Positions 50,054 to 63,067 are shown, counted from the first letter of the stretch. The stretch is 64,000 nt of DNA from Lama glama (GCA_028534125.1 CM052851.1:2790001-2854000), one strand, 5' to 3'. The notes: generated from the sequence alone by a model not told the origin. Numbers and translations are program-made.

Positions 50054-50210
50054 CCGCTGCATAGTGGCCGGGGGCCTCTGTGGTCTCGTAGACGGCCTCC
50101 GGGGCGTAGGCCTCCCGGGAGTCGGAGACGTCTGAGCTGTACACTGGCTCCGGCTCACCGGTGCTCACGGGGCCTCCGTAGCTCGACTCAGCCTCGAATG
50201 GAGCCGCGTC
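50054..50210 (-). CDS. CTTN: Cortactin proline/tyrosine-rich exon ([11 protein letters not shown]...[14 protein letters not shown])
   Basis: CCCCCAG acceptor, GTATGG donor; 157 nt, phase 0-1. Confidence 0.95.
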
Positions 50211-51452
50211 CTGGGGGAGAGGCAAGGAGACAGTCCGCGGGGCCCATGCTGGCTCACAGTGCCACCAACAGAAGCACACGTGTGGGCCACTTTCAGTCCC
50301 AGCTGAGACCAAGAAAACAGACACGGGGATGAGGGAGTTGTTCTGAGAAGGCCTGGATCCCTGCAAGGTGATGCAGCACTGAGGGCACCTGGCGCCGCCG
50401 CCTCCTGACAGCCCTCGCCCTGACACCCCTGAGCCCCATGGCCACTAAACCTGCACGGCCAGTCAGGACGGCTGGCCTGCCCGCGCCCCCATTACAGCCG
50501 CTCTTCCTGGGGCAGGTCTGGCCTGTTTCCTACCCAGGCCCTGACCCCGAGGCCAGCAGCCCTCCCACAGCTCTGCCAAGAGCTCCACCCATCCCACTGG
50601 CGGAGCAGCCAAGCCTGTGGGTGGCGGACACCGTCCTAACCACAGCCTCTGTGGGGGGCGAGGAGAGGGCGGGACCCACAGTCACCCACTATCACGGCAA
50701 GAGGAAATCCCCAGCACTGGGCTTACAGCCACCAAGCCGCTCCCCACTACGGACCGACCGCGGCTGTCGTCGGCGTTTCCGACCAGGGTCCACCTGAAGG
50801 CAGCCTCCAAGGTCAGGGAAGGGAAGGCACATGGAGAAGCTCCAGGAAGAGCCAGCAGTCAGGCACCAGCTTTCATCAGACAGTGGCCAGAGGGGTGGGG
50901 GCCGAGCAGCTGGGAGAGCTACTCCTGAGGCCCAGCGAGGGGACTCCACTTGGGCCTGGCCCCGGGAGCCACTCCAGGACGAGACCAGGGAGCCACAGGG
51001 TCCTGCTGGCAAGTTTCCCCAGGATGTGCGGTGAGCAGATCGGAGGGCGGACACGAGGCTGTGGCATGGGGGCGTCCTGAGGTCGGCGGTGTGGGGACGG
51101 TGAGTAGGGCTGCCCGGCTGTACCCGGTCCTCCCATGTGCTCACAGCACCCGCTCCCCCACCCCACTGCACGGTTTGGCAGGACTGCCCACCCCACTAGG
51201 GACACGATAGCACTCCGGCCTTCTCCTAGGACCAGCTTCTCAGTGGCCCCTTCCAGTGGGACGTTCCAAGGTGGGGAGGCTTGGGGGCCCCCTACCGCTG
51301 GACTACAAATTACAAAGCCACACTGGCATGCGGGAGGGCTGCTCTCCGGATGACAGGCCCCAAGCAGAGCGGTGTGGGGCCCACCCCCACCATCCGCAGA
51401 AGGGTGGCTCTGGAGAATCAGACTCGTGGGCAAACTGCGTCAAGACACCAAC

Positions 51453-51542
51453 CTCGTATACGGGGCTTTGTGGAGGCCTCTCCTGAGCTGGATGGGGCGT
51501 GGGGGACGCGGGGGGCGTCGGCTTCTGGGCTCTGGCCTGCTC
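51453..51542 (-). CDS. CTTN: Cortactin exon (EQARAQKPTPPASPTPHPAQERPPQSPVYE)
   Basis: CTTCAG acceptor, GTTGGT donor; 90 nt, phase 0-0; ERK-type SP sites and the SPVYE Src site. Confidence 0.95.
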
Positions 51543-51899
51543 CTGAAGTGGGGAGACAGCGGTAGGCAGCCCATCAGTGACCGGGCCCCTCACGGCCTTG
51601 CAGAAGGTTGCGCACAAGCTGGGGGCACGTTCCTGCCCCAGGGCAGCACAGACAACGCCAAGCAGAGACGGGGGCCCGAGACAGTCCAGGGCACATCTGC
51701 TCTGAAGCAAAGGTCAGTCACGTCTTCCCAAGACACAGGCCCCTGCTGCCACCTCAGGACCACGGGGTTTCTGGAACCCGAGTTGGCAGCCACGCCACCA
51801 CAGAGAGTCTCCGCACACCTGATCTGGATGCTGAGATCTGGGCTCAGGGCTGACGCTGAACGGACTGAGACACTCGCAGACCTCAAAATGGAGTGAGTA

Positions 51900-52230
51900 T
51901 ATTTTGCACGTAGGAGGGACGTGAATCTCTGGGGGCCAGAGAATGGACATCCTGATCCCCGGGCCTGTGACTGTGTGACCTCACAGGGCCAGAGACTGCA
52001 GACATGACAAAGGCAAGGACCCGAGATGGTAGAGGATCCTGGACTTCCCGGCTGGGCCTGATGGCATCATAGGTCTTCATGAAAGGGAGGGAAGGAGGCA
52101 GTTGTGACAAATGTGACGACAAAGGCAGAAGCTGGATGGGGCCACAAGCTTGGGGGACAGGATTTTCTCCGGGCCACAGACAAGGAAGCCGAGGCTCACC
52201 CAGGGGCCCACTGGGAGCAGCAGGAGCTGG
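51900..52230. mobile_element. MaLR LTR (MLT1-like) remnant in a CTTN intron
   Basis: 'catcctgatcccc...cctgtgactgtgtgacct...gagatgg...gatcctgga...gggcctgatg..atcataggtctt...gggccacaagc'. Confidence 0.55.
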
Positions 52231-54008
52231 GGCTGCACCTCCCTGTCTGCTCTGCCAGGCTCCCAACAGGGTGACGTCGGAACTGCCCCGTGGGAAACCA
52301 GCCTCTCCGGAGACCCAAGCACAGCTCTCAACACCAGTGTGGCTCAGCCTGACCCGCACCAGCAGCACAGTCGGTCACATGCCCACGAGTTAAATGCCCA
52401 AGGCAAGCATGTTTCCTTGAAGGGGCTGGGCTAAGCCTCAGCTTCCAGAGAGACCCGGACCTGCCGCTCACAGCACAGAGGCACCAGGCCGCTGAATTCC
52501 ATCTGAATCAGTTTTACAAGGACCTGCGACAGCCTCTCCCAAATCCGGCTGGGAACAGAGAAGTTCCTTCTCAGGCAGACACTCCCAAGACCGGAGAACC
52601 AAGCATCCACGGGCTCCCCCACCTGCTGGAGGGAACCAGACACCTGCTGCTCGTCTTCTGCCTCTGAGAGCTCCTCACAGCCCAGAGGGCTGCCTGGGCG
52701 GCAGGGCTGTGAGGACAGAGTCACTCACAGGGAGAGGGGACGAGGATGAGGTGGCAGGGGCGGGACACAGCAAGGACAACACAGCAAAAGCAACAGCAAG
52801 AGAACCTCAGAAGCAGAGAGGCTGGAGAACAGCGACTGAAAGCCTCCTCTCACCCTCACCCGCACCCTGCTGCATCTCCCAGGCCGCAGGGGCTGAATTC
52901 CCAGTCATACAACGAGGAAGGTGTTATTGGAAAAGACCAAGTTAGCAGGAAAAATGCTTTGTAGTGTATGAGTATGTGTGTGTCTGTAACAAGGAAAACT
53001 TACAAACATCTCACTAAAACCTTAACAGAGAGAGACCTTTAAAGGTTTCTAGCAACAAGGAATGGCGCGCGGTGATAAGACACACCCGCCATCACTCCGA
53101 CTCTGCCTCCGCCGCGCGGGATGGTGCCTGTCCCAGGGCTTGCTCGGTTCACGTCTCCAGCACCCAGCACTCCCTGCGGAGGGCACGCTGACCTTCTCAA
53201 CCTCCCATTCTCCCTCAGTGGGGTTTTCAGAGCCCTAACCACCCATCTAGGGGAGGAAATGTCCACAGATTTAAACGAAGCCTTTTTAAGTCTATAAAAT
53301 TAGTTACTAACCACCCCAGAGTCGTGGGGTTTCCACATCCGTCCCGTGGGTGAGAACACGGGCCTTGGGATGGTGAGCTGATTTGCCACAGGCAGCCCAG
53401 CAGGCAGGGGATAAAGTGGGATCAGGGAAACCGGACATCAGTCCACCTGGGACAGTTTTAGGAAGGAGAAAGTCCACACCCTCCTGCTCACTCTCAGCTC
53501 CCACCTCTACTTCCTCTGGTGGAAAAGCGGCACAAACACAAAGACCCAGGCCACTGAAGCAAGAGGTGCAGAAGCAAGCAGACCTGCCTCCTCACGGGGA
53601 TCCTTCTGGATTCTCAGCCCTCCACTCAGGAAGAGAGCAGGTTCTGGAGGGTGAGGGGTGAGAGCAGTGACCGCCGGGGAAACACCCGGACGGGAGCTCG
53701 GCACAGGGCCTGTGGGCTGACGGCCGGGCAGAGGGAGGACCGGCCTGCAGTCGCCCTGGCACTCCTGACAACCAGACACTGGACACAGCTGACTGGCCCC
53801 GGGATCAGGGCACATCATCTGTCTAGTACCTGTGGTCAAAAGACTCGATGGTCCATGCGGCTGAAGTGAAGCTCCCAAGAGCACAGCCTAGGTGCCGGTT
53901 CAAGATGTTTTTCACTGAGAACTCTCTGGGCCACAGAGGAAGGAACAAGCCAAACCCGCGGCCCCTGCACTCGCGATTCACATGCAGAGGAGCACGGCCC
54001 GCACTCAC

Positions 54009-54157
54009 GTCCAGCTGCCGCCGGGCCTCCTCCTGCTCCCGCCGCTCCTTCGCCATCCTCTGCGCCCGCTCGGCCTCTGCCCTCCGCCGGTCCTCCTGCT
54101 CCTGCTCCTTCGCGAGGTTTTCGAAGTTGGCTCTGATGTTGCTCGTCTTGCTGCTCA
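54009..54157 (-). CDS. CTTN: Cortactin helical-region exon ([18 protein letters not shown]...EEARRQLD)
   Basis: CCCCGCAG acceptor, GTGAGT donor; 149 nt, phase 1-0. Confidence 0.97.
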
Positions 54158-54942
54158 CTGCGGGGAGGGGAGGCTCACGTCACGCCTGGAGCACCGCTGT
54201 CCCCCGGCGCCTTGGGCCCGGTGGCCCGACAGGCCCCCACCCGGATGGGCCCCCGCCACCCTGTCTGCTGCACTCGCAGCAGGACGGTGACCAGCAGAGC
54301 CTTGCATCTGGAATCGTCCTGCATTCCACACGTCCCGGTATTCTTTACCACCGGACACTCACGAGGGGAAAAAATCCCCCTGAGGATGCCCCTGATAAAA
54401 CAGTAAAAAGTACTGATTTTTAGTAAATCTCAACCCTTTTGTTAATTAATGTGACAAAATGTGCCCCTGGCGCGCACCACCACTGCCGCCTGGGGGCGCC
54501 CAGGGCTGCCTCCGGGTAACCATCTGAGCTGCAGGCTGAACTGACCCCTCCTGGAGCATCACTTTCCCTGAAATAGCAACTGACCAACTACAATCGAGAC
54601 GTCCGGGTTCGGGGAGACCCTCTCTCCCAAAGGACGCGCTGAGTCTACTGCGCAAAATGCAAGTGTATGTTATCGCTGGGAAAACTCAAGCTTTTAAGCA
54701 AAAGCAGAATTCTGGAAAACCCGAGTCCACTACCATAAGGACAACACCCCGATTTTACTCAAAGACTGCGATAAGACTGATGACAACATTAACGAGTGCA
54801 GTTTGGGGGTTTTGTATAATGAAATGTGTCGCTGCGTGGAGGACCAGTGAAACTCGGAGATGAAGACCTTCCCATGACCCTTATGTGGTGTCACAAAGTC
54901 ACGCTGTGCAAAGCAGACTCACCTTTAAGAAAACCACTGACC

Positions 54943-55196
54943 GGGGGGGTGGGGGTGGGTACAGCCCAGCGGCAGAGCACGTGCTCAGCACACTTACGGT
55001 CCTGGGTTCCATCCCCAGTGCCGCCAGTAAAATAAATACATAAACCTCAAAAAAAACTTCCTTGTGATGAGCTGTAATTAAAAAGACTCTGAAAAAATAT
55101 ATATCTACGCACATGTGTAACTGAGTCAGTTTGCTGTAAACCTGAAACTCATATTGTAAATAGACTACACCTCAATAAAAAATAATTAAAAAGAAA
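54943..55196 (+). mobile_element. tRNA-derived SINE (54943-55056) joined to an L1 3' end (55061-55196) inside one TSD
   Basis: SINE body with B-box-like GGTTCCATCC; L1 tail 'aactgagtcagtttgctgtaaacctgaaact...ttgtaaatagactacacctcaataaaa'; AAAACCACTGACC on both sides. Confidence 0.8.
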
Positions 55197-55539
55197 AAAA
55201 CCACTGACCAGCTGACTGCTGGACTCGGGCACCAACAAATATCCACAGTGATTGGAAACAGCCATTAAAATATTCTTCACTTTTCTAACGGCATATCTGG
55301 GCAAGTCCAGCTTTTCTTCATCAATCTGACTTGTCACAAGAGGCCGACGGAGCGCAGAAGCAGGGAGGAGAGCTGCGCCGCCTGACAGCGGGAGACGCGC
55401 GGAAACGCGAAACAGCGCTGCCTGGAATGCAGCAGGTGTTCTACACTGACTGTGCCTGGAGTGTAATCTAGAAAGATTCAGAAGCAGTATGTTGTGCACC
55501 TGAAACTAACATAATACTGTACAACCACCCTTCAATTAA

Positions 55540-55780
55540 AAAGAGCTACTCTTCTGCATTTTTTGGTTTGGAAAACATAGTTATTTTTTCATAGTATTAT
55601 TATGTCAACATGTGCCAATTTTATTACTTTAAAATGTTAAACAAATTGATAAAAATGTTAAATTTTTCTGTTTTATTCTAACACAGTAAAGATCAAAAGA
55701 TATAATCCATATACACCAAAGTCCTCTGGGGCCTCAGTAACGTCTACAAGTGTCCCGAGACCACAGTCTGTGCACTGCTG
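55540..55780. mobile_element. hAT-Charlie-like DNA transposon remnant
   Basis: 'aaaacatagttatttttcata...gatataatccatatacaccaaagtcctctggggcctcagtaa...cccgagacca' resembles Charlie1 ends as recalled. Confidence 0.45.
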
Positions 55781-56444
55781 ACCCACGAGCATCTACAGGA
55801 AACAAACGGTCACCTCCGCTTCCTGCGTCCGACTGACCCCTTCAATCACGTGTAGTATATTCCCCAACAGAACGACACTGCCTCTGGGCGTGGCCCACAT
55901 TTGAACAGTCCGCCAGGAGACACACGGCAGGCGCCGGGAGGGCAGACTTCATGCAGCGCGTCCCGGCGGGAGAGTGAGCAGAGGAGGGGTCTGCTTTAGC
56001 TCAGGCACAGACGGCTCAGACCTGTCACAGCCACGGTGACTGAGCATCTCAAACGTCTGGCCAGGTGAGCAGTGCGGCATCTGAGCTGCAGGTACCGCAG
56101 AAGCCTCCCCGAACCTGGGAGTGAGGAGGCCCTCTGGGACGTGCAGTGAACCCACCTATGCTTTGGGAAGCCCCCTCAGAGCAGACCCCCACTTCCAGGG
56201 AGCTGCAACACGCTGTGTCTGAAAGGGGCCCCGAACTTCTGCAGGGACAAACAGGACTTTCCATCAAAAGGGAACCAACAGCTGTCCCAACACACGCAGG
56301 ACAGCCCCGCTCTCCACGAGCTCCACCTGCTCCTGCCCACACTCTGCCAACTGTCCGCCCCCAGCGCTGCCCAGGGCCCCACACACAGCAGGGCATCCTC
56401 CCAGGAAAGCCCACAGTGCTGTTCGGAGGGCTGCTGGGACTCAC

Positions 56445-56514
56445 CTGCTTCGACAGGGACAGTCTTCTGGTAACTGGAGGCCACCGTGGCGACGTCCTCA
56501 AAGGTGGAAGCGTT
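56445..56514 (-). CDS. CTTN: Cortactin exon (NASTFEDVATVASSYQKTVPVEA)
   Basis: TAG acceptor at 56517-56515, GTGAGT donor; 70 nt, phase 0-1. Confidence 0.95.
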
Positions 56515-59500
56515 CTACCAGGACAGGAAAGGCAAGATCAGGACAGCACCCTTGTTTCCTTCTGGGCCTGTGATGGCTTCTACCTACACAAACGCTGGAG
56601 CCTGCCTACATCTTCCAAAAAAACCAACCAGAGAGCCCGAGGGTTTCACATCTACCCATCCTGCAATTTAACAGAGGCCCGAAGCATGATGGTACACATC
56701 TGCGGGTGATGGCTCGGGTCGGTGCCAGAGGAGAAATGCACACACGGGGGCGAGCCCGTAGGGCACAGGGGTCTGAGGTGAAACCACTCTGCGGGAAGCG
56801 ACGCCGGAGGGCACAAGTCATCGCACGCCTGGCCAAAGCCACAGGGCGCCCGACCTCGGGTGAGCCCCGAGGCCTGCCTCTGCTCCGGGGGTTACGACGC
56901 AGGCTCACAGGCTGTGACAGTGGACAACTCGGGTGGGGTGTGCGTGGTGGGGCTGTGTGTGAGTGGAGGGAGGCAGTGTAGAGAAAATCTCTGCACCGTC
57001 CCCTCAAATTTGAGAAAACTGCTCAAAAAAAGCAAAAGAAAAGAAAGAGAAAAGAAAAAGCAAAGATAAACCAACCATGGGTTCTTCCCAAGCTATCACC
57101 ACCGAGAGAGGCCCCCAGGGGCCTCTGCTCTGTCAGGAGGGGGCTCTCGGGGACACACGAAAGCCTCCCCGATCCTCCGCTTTTCCCAATAAGCACGATC
57201 GATCGTAGTTTTGTTCTGCAGGGGACCCACTCTGTCACGTTAAAGGGACAGCGACAACTGTCCATGTAAAGGCTGGCGAGGACGCAGACAGGCTCCCAGA
57301 ACCACAGGCCAGCCTGGTCACCGAGGGCAAACACTTCCCAGAGAAGCATAGGGGCTCAGGGTAGTTGCTGCTTTTCTGATGCCCACGACTCGGAGAAAGA
57401 AAACGGGAACTAGGACTGAAGCTCGGCTGGTTGACATCTGGAGCTGTGGGCAGCAGCCCCGAGGAGTGCACACCTTCCCCAAGTTCAGGTACAGGCAGCT
57501 CCGCGACAGTGCCAGTGCCGCAGGGAGGTCTGGTCTGCACAGCTGACCCTCTCCCCAAAGCGCCCCCTCTTCCACCGCCACCCGCCTGCCCTTCCAGGCC
57601 CAGCCGCATCCAGCGGGGTGCCCACAGCACCAGGGCTCAGGGCCGTCCTGCCTCCCCTCCAGGCCTCCACCCTGACCACGCCCTCTCCGCCTTCCCAGGC
57701 ACGCCCCCACTCCCGCCCAGCTCCCGCACTGCCCAGTGTCTGCCAGCGTCTGCCATCTCTTTCTGGAACCACCTCTAAGCCCCGCTCCCACCAGCTGTCC
57801 ACGGGACCACCTCGCATTCCTTCCTGCTGCTTCCAGAGGGAGTCCTGTGCTCCCAAGACACCACAGCACCCCACCCCAGCCCCCGGCTGCCCACTACCTG
57901 CCATGTCTGGCCAGCTCTCCACTGAGATGTTCACAGCCATCTCTGCCATCACCCTGGGGGCTTCCAACAAACCCCACAACCCCAAAGCCTCTCATTCCCA
58001 GCTGTGTGGTCCCCACCACGCTGCGCACTGCCTCGTCCGTACCATGTCCCATCACGCCCCATCACCAAGACCTGCTTGCCAACTAGAACCTTTCTCTCCC
58101 CACTGGCCACCCTCCTCCACAGGGACCCCGCTCCCTGCGGTCCAGCCTGGCAAACCCAAGGTCTCAACCTCTCCTAGGACCTGCCTGCCAGGAACCCCTC
58201 ACCTGGTTCCACTATCCACAGGGACGACTGCAGACCTGAGTCCCAGCAGCACCCCTCCCCTCGAGGGACGACCTCATACCAGTACTGGGGTCCAAAATCC
58301 CCCGCACACAGTTCACTGAGACCCGAGCAGTCACCTCACACTTCTAACCTCGGGCTTCCCAAGTGCACCACACAGATGGCTAACATCACCACTGACAGGA
58401 AGCACACTCACCCCCAGACAGAAACCTGCATGCGCTCCCGCAGGAAGCTACCGCTCCGGCTCAGCCACAGCGGGGACCCTGCCCTCCAAACACAGCCCAG
58501 GGTCTCCCCACCTCCCTCTCTATGGTCTGGGTTCTCTTCTGCCTTGAACAGAATCACCCTCTCAGCTGACCACTGACCAGCTCATCCCAACCATGGCGGG
58601 GGGGTGGTGAGGGGGAGCAGGTCCAAACCTGCCAACTCTGGGGTTCCCCTACCCACATAGCCAGCTGGCCTCCCCCAACTCCCCCAACCTCAAAAAAATG
58701 CCCCCACCAGGACATCAAAGATGGCCACACCACTCACCCCAACAGGACCCCCACCAGCAGCACCCCTGAGCACAGGTGACCCTCCCTCTTCCTCCTTGAA
58801 ACTCTCCACCCTCAGACCGGCAGGACTAGACGTGTGGCCCTTGCTCATCTCCCAACACAGGGCAGGCTCCCCTGGTTCCACCTGCACCTGTGGGCAGGGG
58901 CCAACCCCCGCCCCCACAGCACAGCCCAGACTCGCCCACAGACGACTCACCTTACCCACACGGCCTTTCCAAGTCCCTCAGCTCGGCGGACAGCCCTAGC
59001 ACCCACCTGGGATGGTCCTGCCTCTTCCCTCCTCCTCACCCCTCAGACCGGGGGGCTCCACCGCCCACACTCACTGAGGTCAGTGTTTCTCTCCCTCTGC
59101 CACTAGCCCAGCCCACCCGAGCCTGCACCACACCCCGATCACTCCACTGAAGCTGCAGCTCACTGATGAAATGCAAAACCTTACAGGGTCTGTGGGGCTC
59201 CCTGAGATGGGGGCCCTGACGAGCTTCTCTCAGATCTCCAGTGTCTGCAATAAGGCCCATCCCTACACGTGCAGTCGGCAGCGACCCTGTCCCCACACCC
59301 GCACACACACAGCGCCTACTCTCCAGTCTCCCCGCCCCTTTTCTGGCCAACTGAGCTCAGACCTGACCCCCTCAGGACACCTCCCGGCCCCTCGGTCAGA
59401 GCCCTGTGCCCGGTCACCCGCTCCCAGGCCCACACGGCCACGCGCTGGAGCCCCATCTGGGCAGCCTGAGGGAAATATCTCCACGAGGACCAGGCTTGAG

Positions 59501-60271
59501 GCCCAGGACCTCATGCCAGGCACATGGCCGGACAGGGCAGCCTCCATCCTGTTGAGCTGAACTGAGCAGAGACAAAAGCCACAGCCAGGTCCAGTGTGGA
59601 CCGCCCCACACCGCCTGTGAGTCTGGTCCTCTGAGACGGCTGGACTTCAGACTACAGAGACAGTCACCAGGCCTGTGGCCGACTGGTTGGCTGAGACTCG
59701 GAAACCAATCAAGAGTGACTGGCTGGGGGAGGGCGTCCCCGGGGGAGAACGACTGCGAGGAGGCTCGGGGGTCTGGCTCTGGCTCTGGGTGGGTGCTGTC
59801 CGGACCCCCTGCAGGGACACACACGTCCTACACCTGCGATCTCCAGGATGGTGGCCACCACCGCCTGGCCGGCGTGACCAACAAACTCAGTTTCCACTCT
59901 GGTTTCCTGCTAAGAAATTTAATGCAAACAGCCACAAGTCCCAGTGGCATTCGTGTTGGCCGTGGACTCTAAACATGCAGGTGGTGGTGGTGGCCCAGCT
60001 CTAGGCCTGCCTAGCCAGGGACACCTCCACTATAAAATGTACCCGCCTTGCAGCCTGGCCTCGAGGGGCCCAGGACACTGAGGACTCAGCAGATGGAGCC
60101 CAGCACACGTTAGCTACTGGCACCCCCACAGTGACAACACACCACAGACTGAGACGGCCGCGCTTCGGAAAACAGAGACCATCCGCAGAACAGTGATCCC
60201 CCCGCCGAGAGCAGCACAGACACCCGGCCTTAGCCGCAGAAGACACGGGGCCCTGGCTGTGGTACACTCAC

Positions 60272-60327
60272 CTTATCCATCCGATCCCTCTGCACCCCGT
60301 ATTTCCCGCCGAATCCTTTGGAGTAGT
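60272..60327 (-). CDS. CTTN: Cortactin half-repeat exon ([19 protein letters not shown])
   Basis: TTTCAG acceptor, GTGAGT donor; 56 nt, phase 1-0. Confidence 0.96.
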
Positions 60328-61572
60328 CTGAAATGCAACATGACACGGCACTTACTCTCAGGCCCAGGTCGAGGCCCGGCGTGGTGCTGACGGCAGAGGC
60401 GTGCACACAGACCCAGAGACGGCCCGAGAAAACGTGCCCGAGTGACGGACGACAACATCAAACCAAGAGCCCTTGCTTGCGAGGCGGGCTTGGTTTCGGC
60501 CCGCGGTGCTCGGCAGGCAAGCAGGTGAGAGGCGGGAGAGAGGCGTGGGCGAGCCGTGCGCATTCTCCCGGGGGCAGAGGGTGCGGCCGGGTGCAGGGTG
60601 GGGCGCCCCTCCTAGCACAGTCTTCCCCAGCGACAGCCCACTCGGCTCCTCCTCCGCTCCTGCTTACTGGGCTCTAAAAAGAGGCCCAACTGCAGGCTTT
60701 CTCTCGCTTTTTAAAAGAAAACAGCTCCTAGGAAACTCTACCAGTGAGATACTTCTGTCAACACAGATCTACATGACAGTCACACTGCCAGGCAGCATCA
60801 GTGACACACAGAGCCAAGGCCACGTCCCTGCCGTCCGCGGGTCAGTCCAAGGGGACCCTTCCCCAGCCCCTGACGGGGACCGGGAAGCCTAGACTCGGGC
60901 CTGTAACATCAGGAAAAGTGCGGGCACGGCTCCTTCCCCAGTTCCGTGTCCTCGGCTCTGACGGTCATTAAATAGCCGCTCTGAGGAAAAGCGTGTCTGT
61001 CCCTCGGGCTCCCAGCACCCACACCTAGAAACGTCCCGTCCAGTTTCAGCTTTGTGTAGGTACTGTTCGGTTCTGTGTGAAGAAGTTATATGTAGATGGT
61101 GCTCTCAAGACAAAAGGAAAACCAAAACTAAACCCCAAAAATACCTCCCACCCTGGGCCAAAAAAAAACACCACCACAGAGGAGACACAGAACACACCTG
61201 CCCCAGGCCCCTCGTGGCCACCAAATCTCTGGCCGCAGGCCCGTGATCTGGCCGAACCAGACACGCTCTCCTGGTCTCAGAGTCAGGAAGGCGGCTCTCG
61301 ATGAGAGCGGAGAACTAGTCCGGTCACAGGGCCAGGGTGACATGTCCTGCAAACTGAGGCCACCTTTTACCAAACACACATCCCAAAGTTATGGGAGAGA
61401 AGAAACTGAACGGGAAGAAAGGGTGCAGGTTAATACTGCTCCCAGCTAACCCTGGGGTGGAAACACCCGAGTGCCCTGCAGGTGGCAGCGGGTGACTCGG
61501 AGGCCGAGCCCAGAAGTCTGTGCTAGAAGTGCGGCACTGGAAGGGGAGGGCGGGGGGTGGGGAGCACTGTGC

Positions 61573-61683
61573 CTTGCTGGGACTCGTGCTTGGCCAGTCT
61601 CTCCTTGTAATCAAACCCCACAGCACAGGCGTCCTGCCTCTCGGACTGAACACCAAATCTGCCTCCGAAACCAGCCTTATAAT
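61573..61683 (-). CDS. CTTN: Cortactin repeat-6 exon ([37 protein letters not shown]), GC donor
   Basis: TTTTCAG acceptor; 111 nt like its sister repeat exons; ends CAAG|GCACAG; hand-translated, not shown in this frame in the ORF track. Confidence 0.94.
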
Positions 61684-62441
61684 CTGAAAATCCACAAGTG
61701 ACAGGGAAATAGAAGTTTGGTTAGCAGCGTGCAAGCACGGGCAGGAATCAAACCCCTCACTTAAGAGAAGACAAGAGCTCCTGCCAAGCTCGGGGGCTGA
61801 AGGCCCAGCTCCCGTCTCCCCAGTGGGCAAAAGGGGCTCAAAGGTCAAATAACAAACCTAAAATCTGAACACGCCAACCAAGACCTGAAAGCAGGTTAGG
61901 AATTGTGTTTGAGCTGATTTAGACAGCCTCTCCACGCTCTGAGACTTCTTTCTAGGGTTTGACCCACGCTGCAGACAAGAGCACGCATCTCCGTGCACGT
62001 GACGAAAGTGACACGTTATACACACACCCCACTTCCAACCTGCTGGCGGCAAGAGTGGGTGGGAGCTGGGTACCCTCAAAGGTCCTCCCTCCCCACATCT
62101 ACTCTCCGAGGGACGGGGTTCTGGCAGAGAGGAAGCATCTTTCGCAAACTGGCAGGCGTCTGGGGCTGCACCGCAAGGGAGGGAAACAGCCTTAGGAGCA
62201 CGGCAGTGGCGGCTGGGGCTTCAGGACACACTGGGCACGGGCGGCTTCTCACCGCAGCTCCGGGGGGGGCTATCACTCCACGGGCGGTGGGGTGCTTTCA
62301 AAACCGTGGGAGGCAGAGGACAACCTCCAACGGGGACGACACAACAACACACCACAGAAGGACAGCGAGACCAGGCGTGAGTGGACTGGAAATGAGAACT
62401 TCTCCAAGGCCCTCGATGGCGAGCAGCCCAGGTGAGTGTAC

Positions 62442-62552
62442 CTTTCTGGGATTCGTGCAGCTGCAGTTTCTCCTGGTGGTCCCAGCCGAGGGCACACTTG
62501 TCTTGTCTGTCGGTCTGCACACCAAACTTTCCTCCAAACCCTTTCACATAGT
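62442..62552 (-). CDS. CTTN: Cortactin repeat-5 exon ([37 protein letters not shown])
   Basis: TAG acceptor, GTACAC donor; 111 nt, phase 1-1. Confidence 0.97.
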
Positions 62553-63067
62553 CTACGTGCACAACAAAAGGCCACAATCTAGTATTAACGGGCAGCCTGA
62601 GTAATAGGGAGAAGGCAAGTTTTCACCAAAGTTATATCTACATGATTCACTAAACCCACCCTTTCTTGGGTAACATTAAGACGACCTCCTCACAGTGTGT
62701 CCAGGAAATAACCTCATCTACAGTCTCAGGGCCACGGATAAACGCAGACAGGGCCCCACAGGAGAGGCTCCAAGACCTGCAGCGCAACCAGCACTAAGAG
62801 CCATCCCGGTCTCACCACCTACAACACAGACATGGGGCGCGTGGCCCCGGCTACAAGCAATCTGGCCATGCTGTTAGAGCTGAAAACCGTATGAAGGTCT
62901 GGTTTCTTATTTGACAGCTCTGTTTGGGGGTTTGCTGTTTAAAGCCCCATGTTTAACAGAGACTCTCCTCTAAGGGCTGCTGGTTATGGCTGCTTCCCCC
63001 TTTCGTCCTGGTGAACAGCCAGCACGTGAACAGCTGCTGGCTGGGGAGCAAGAGAAAGCTGAGACAC

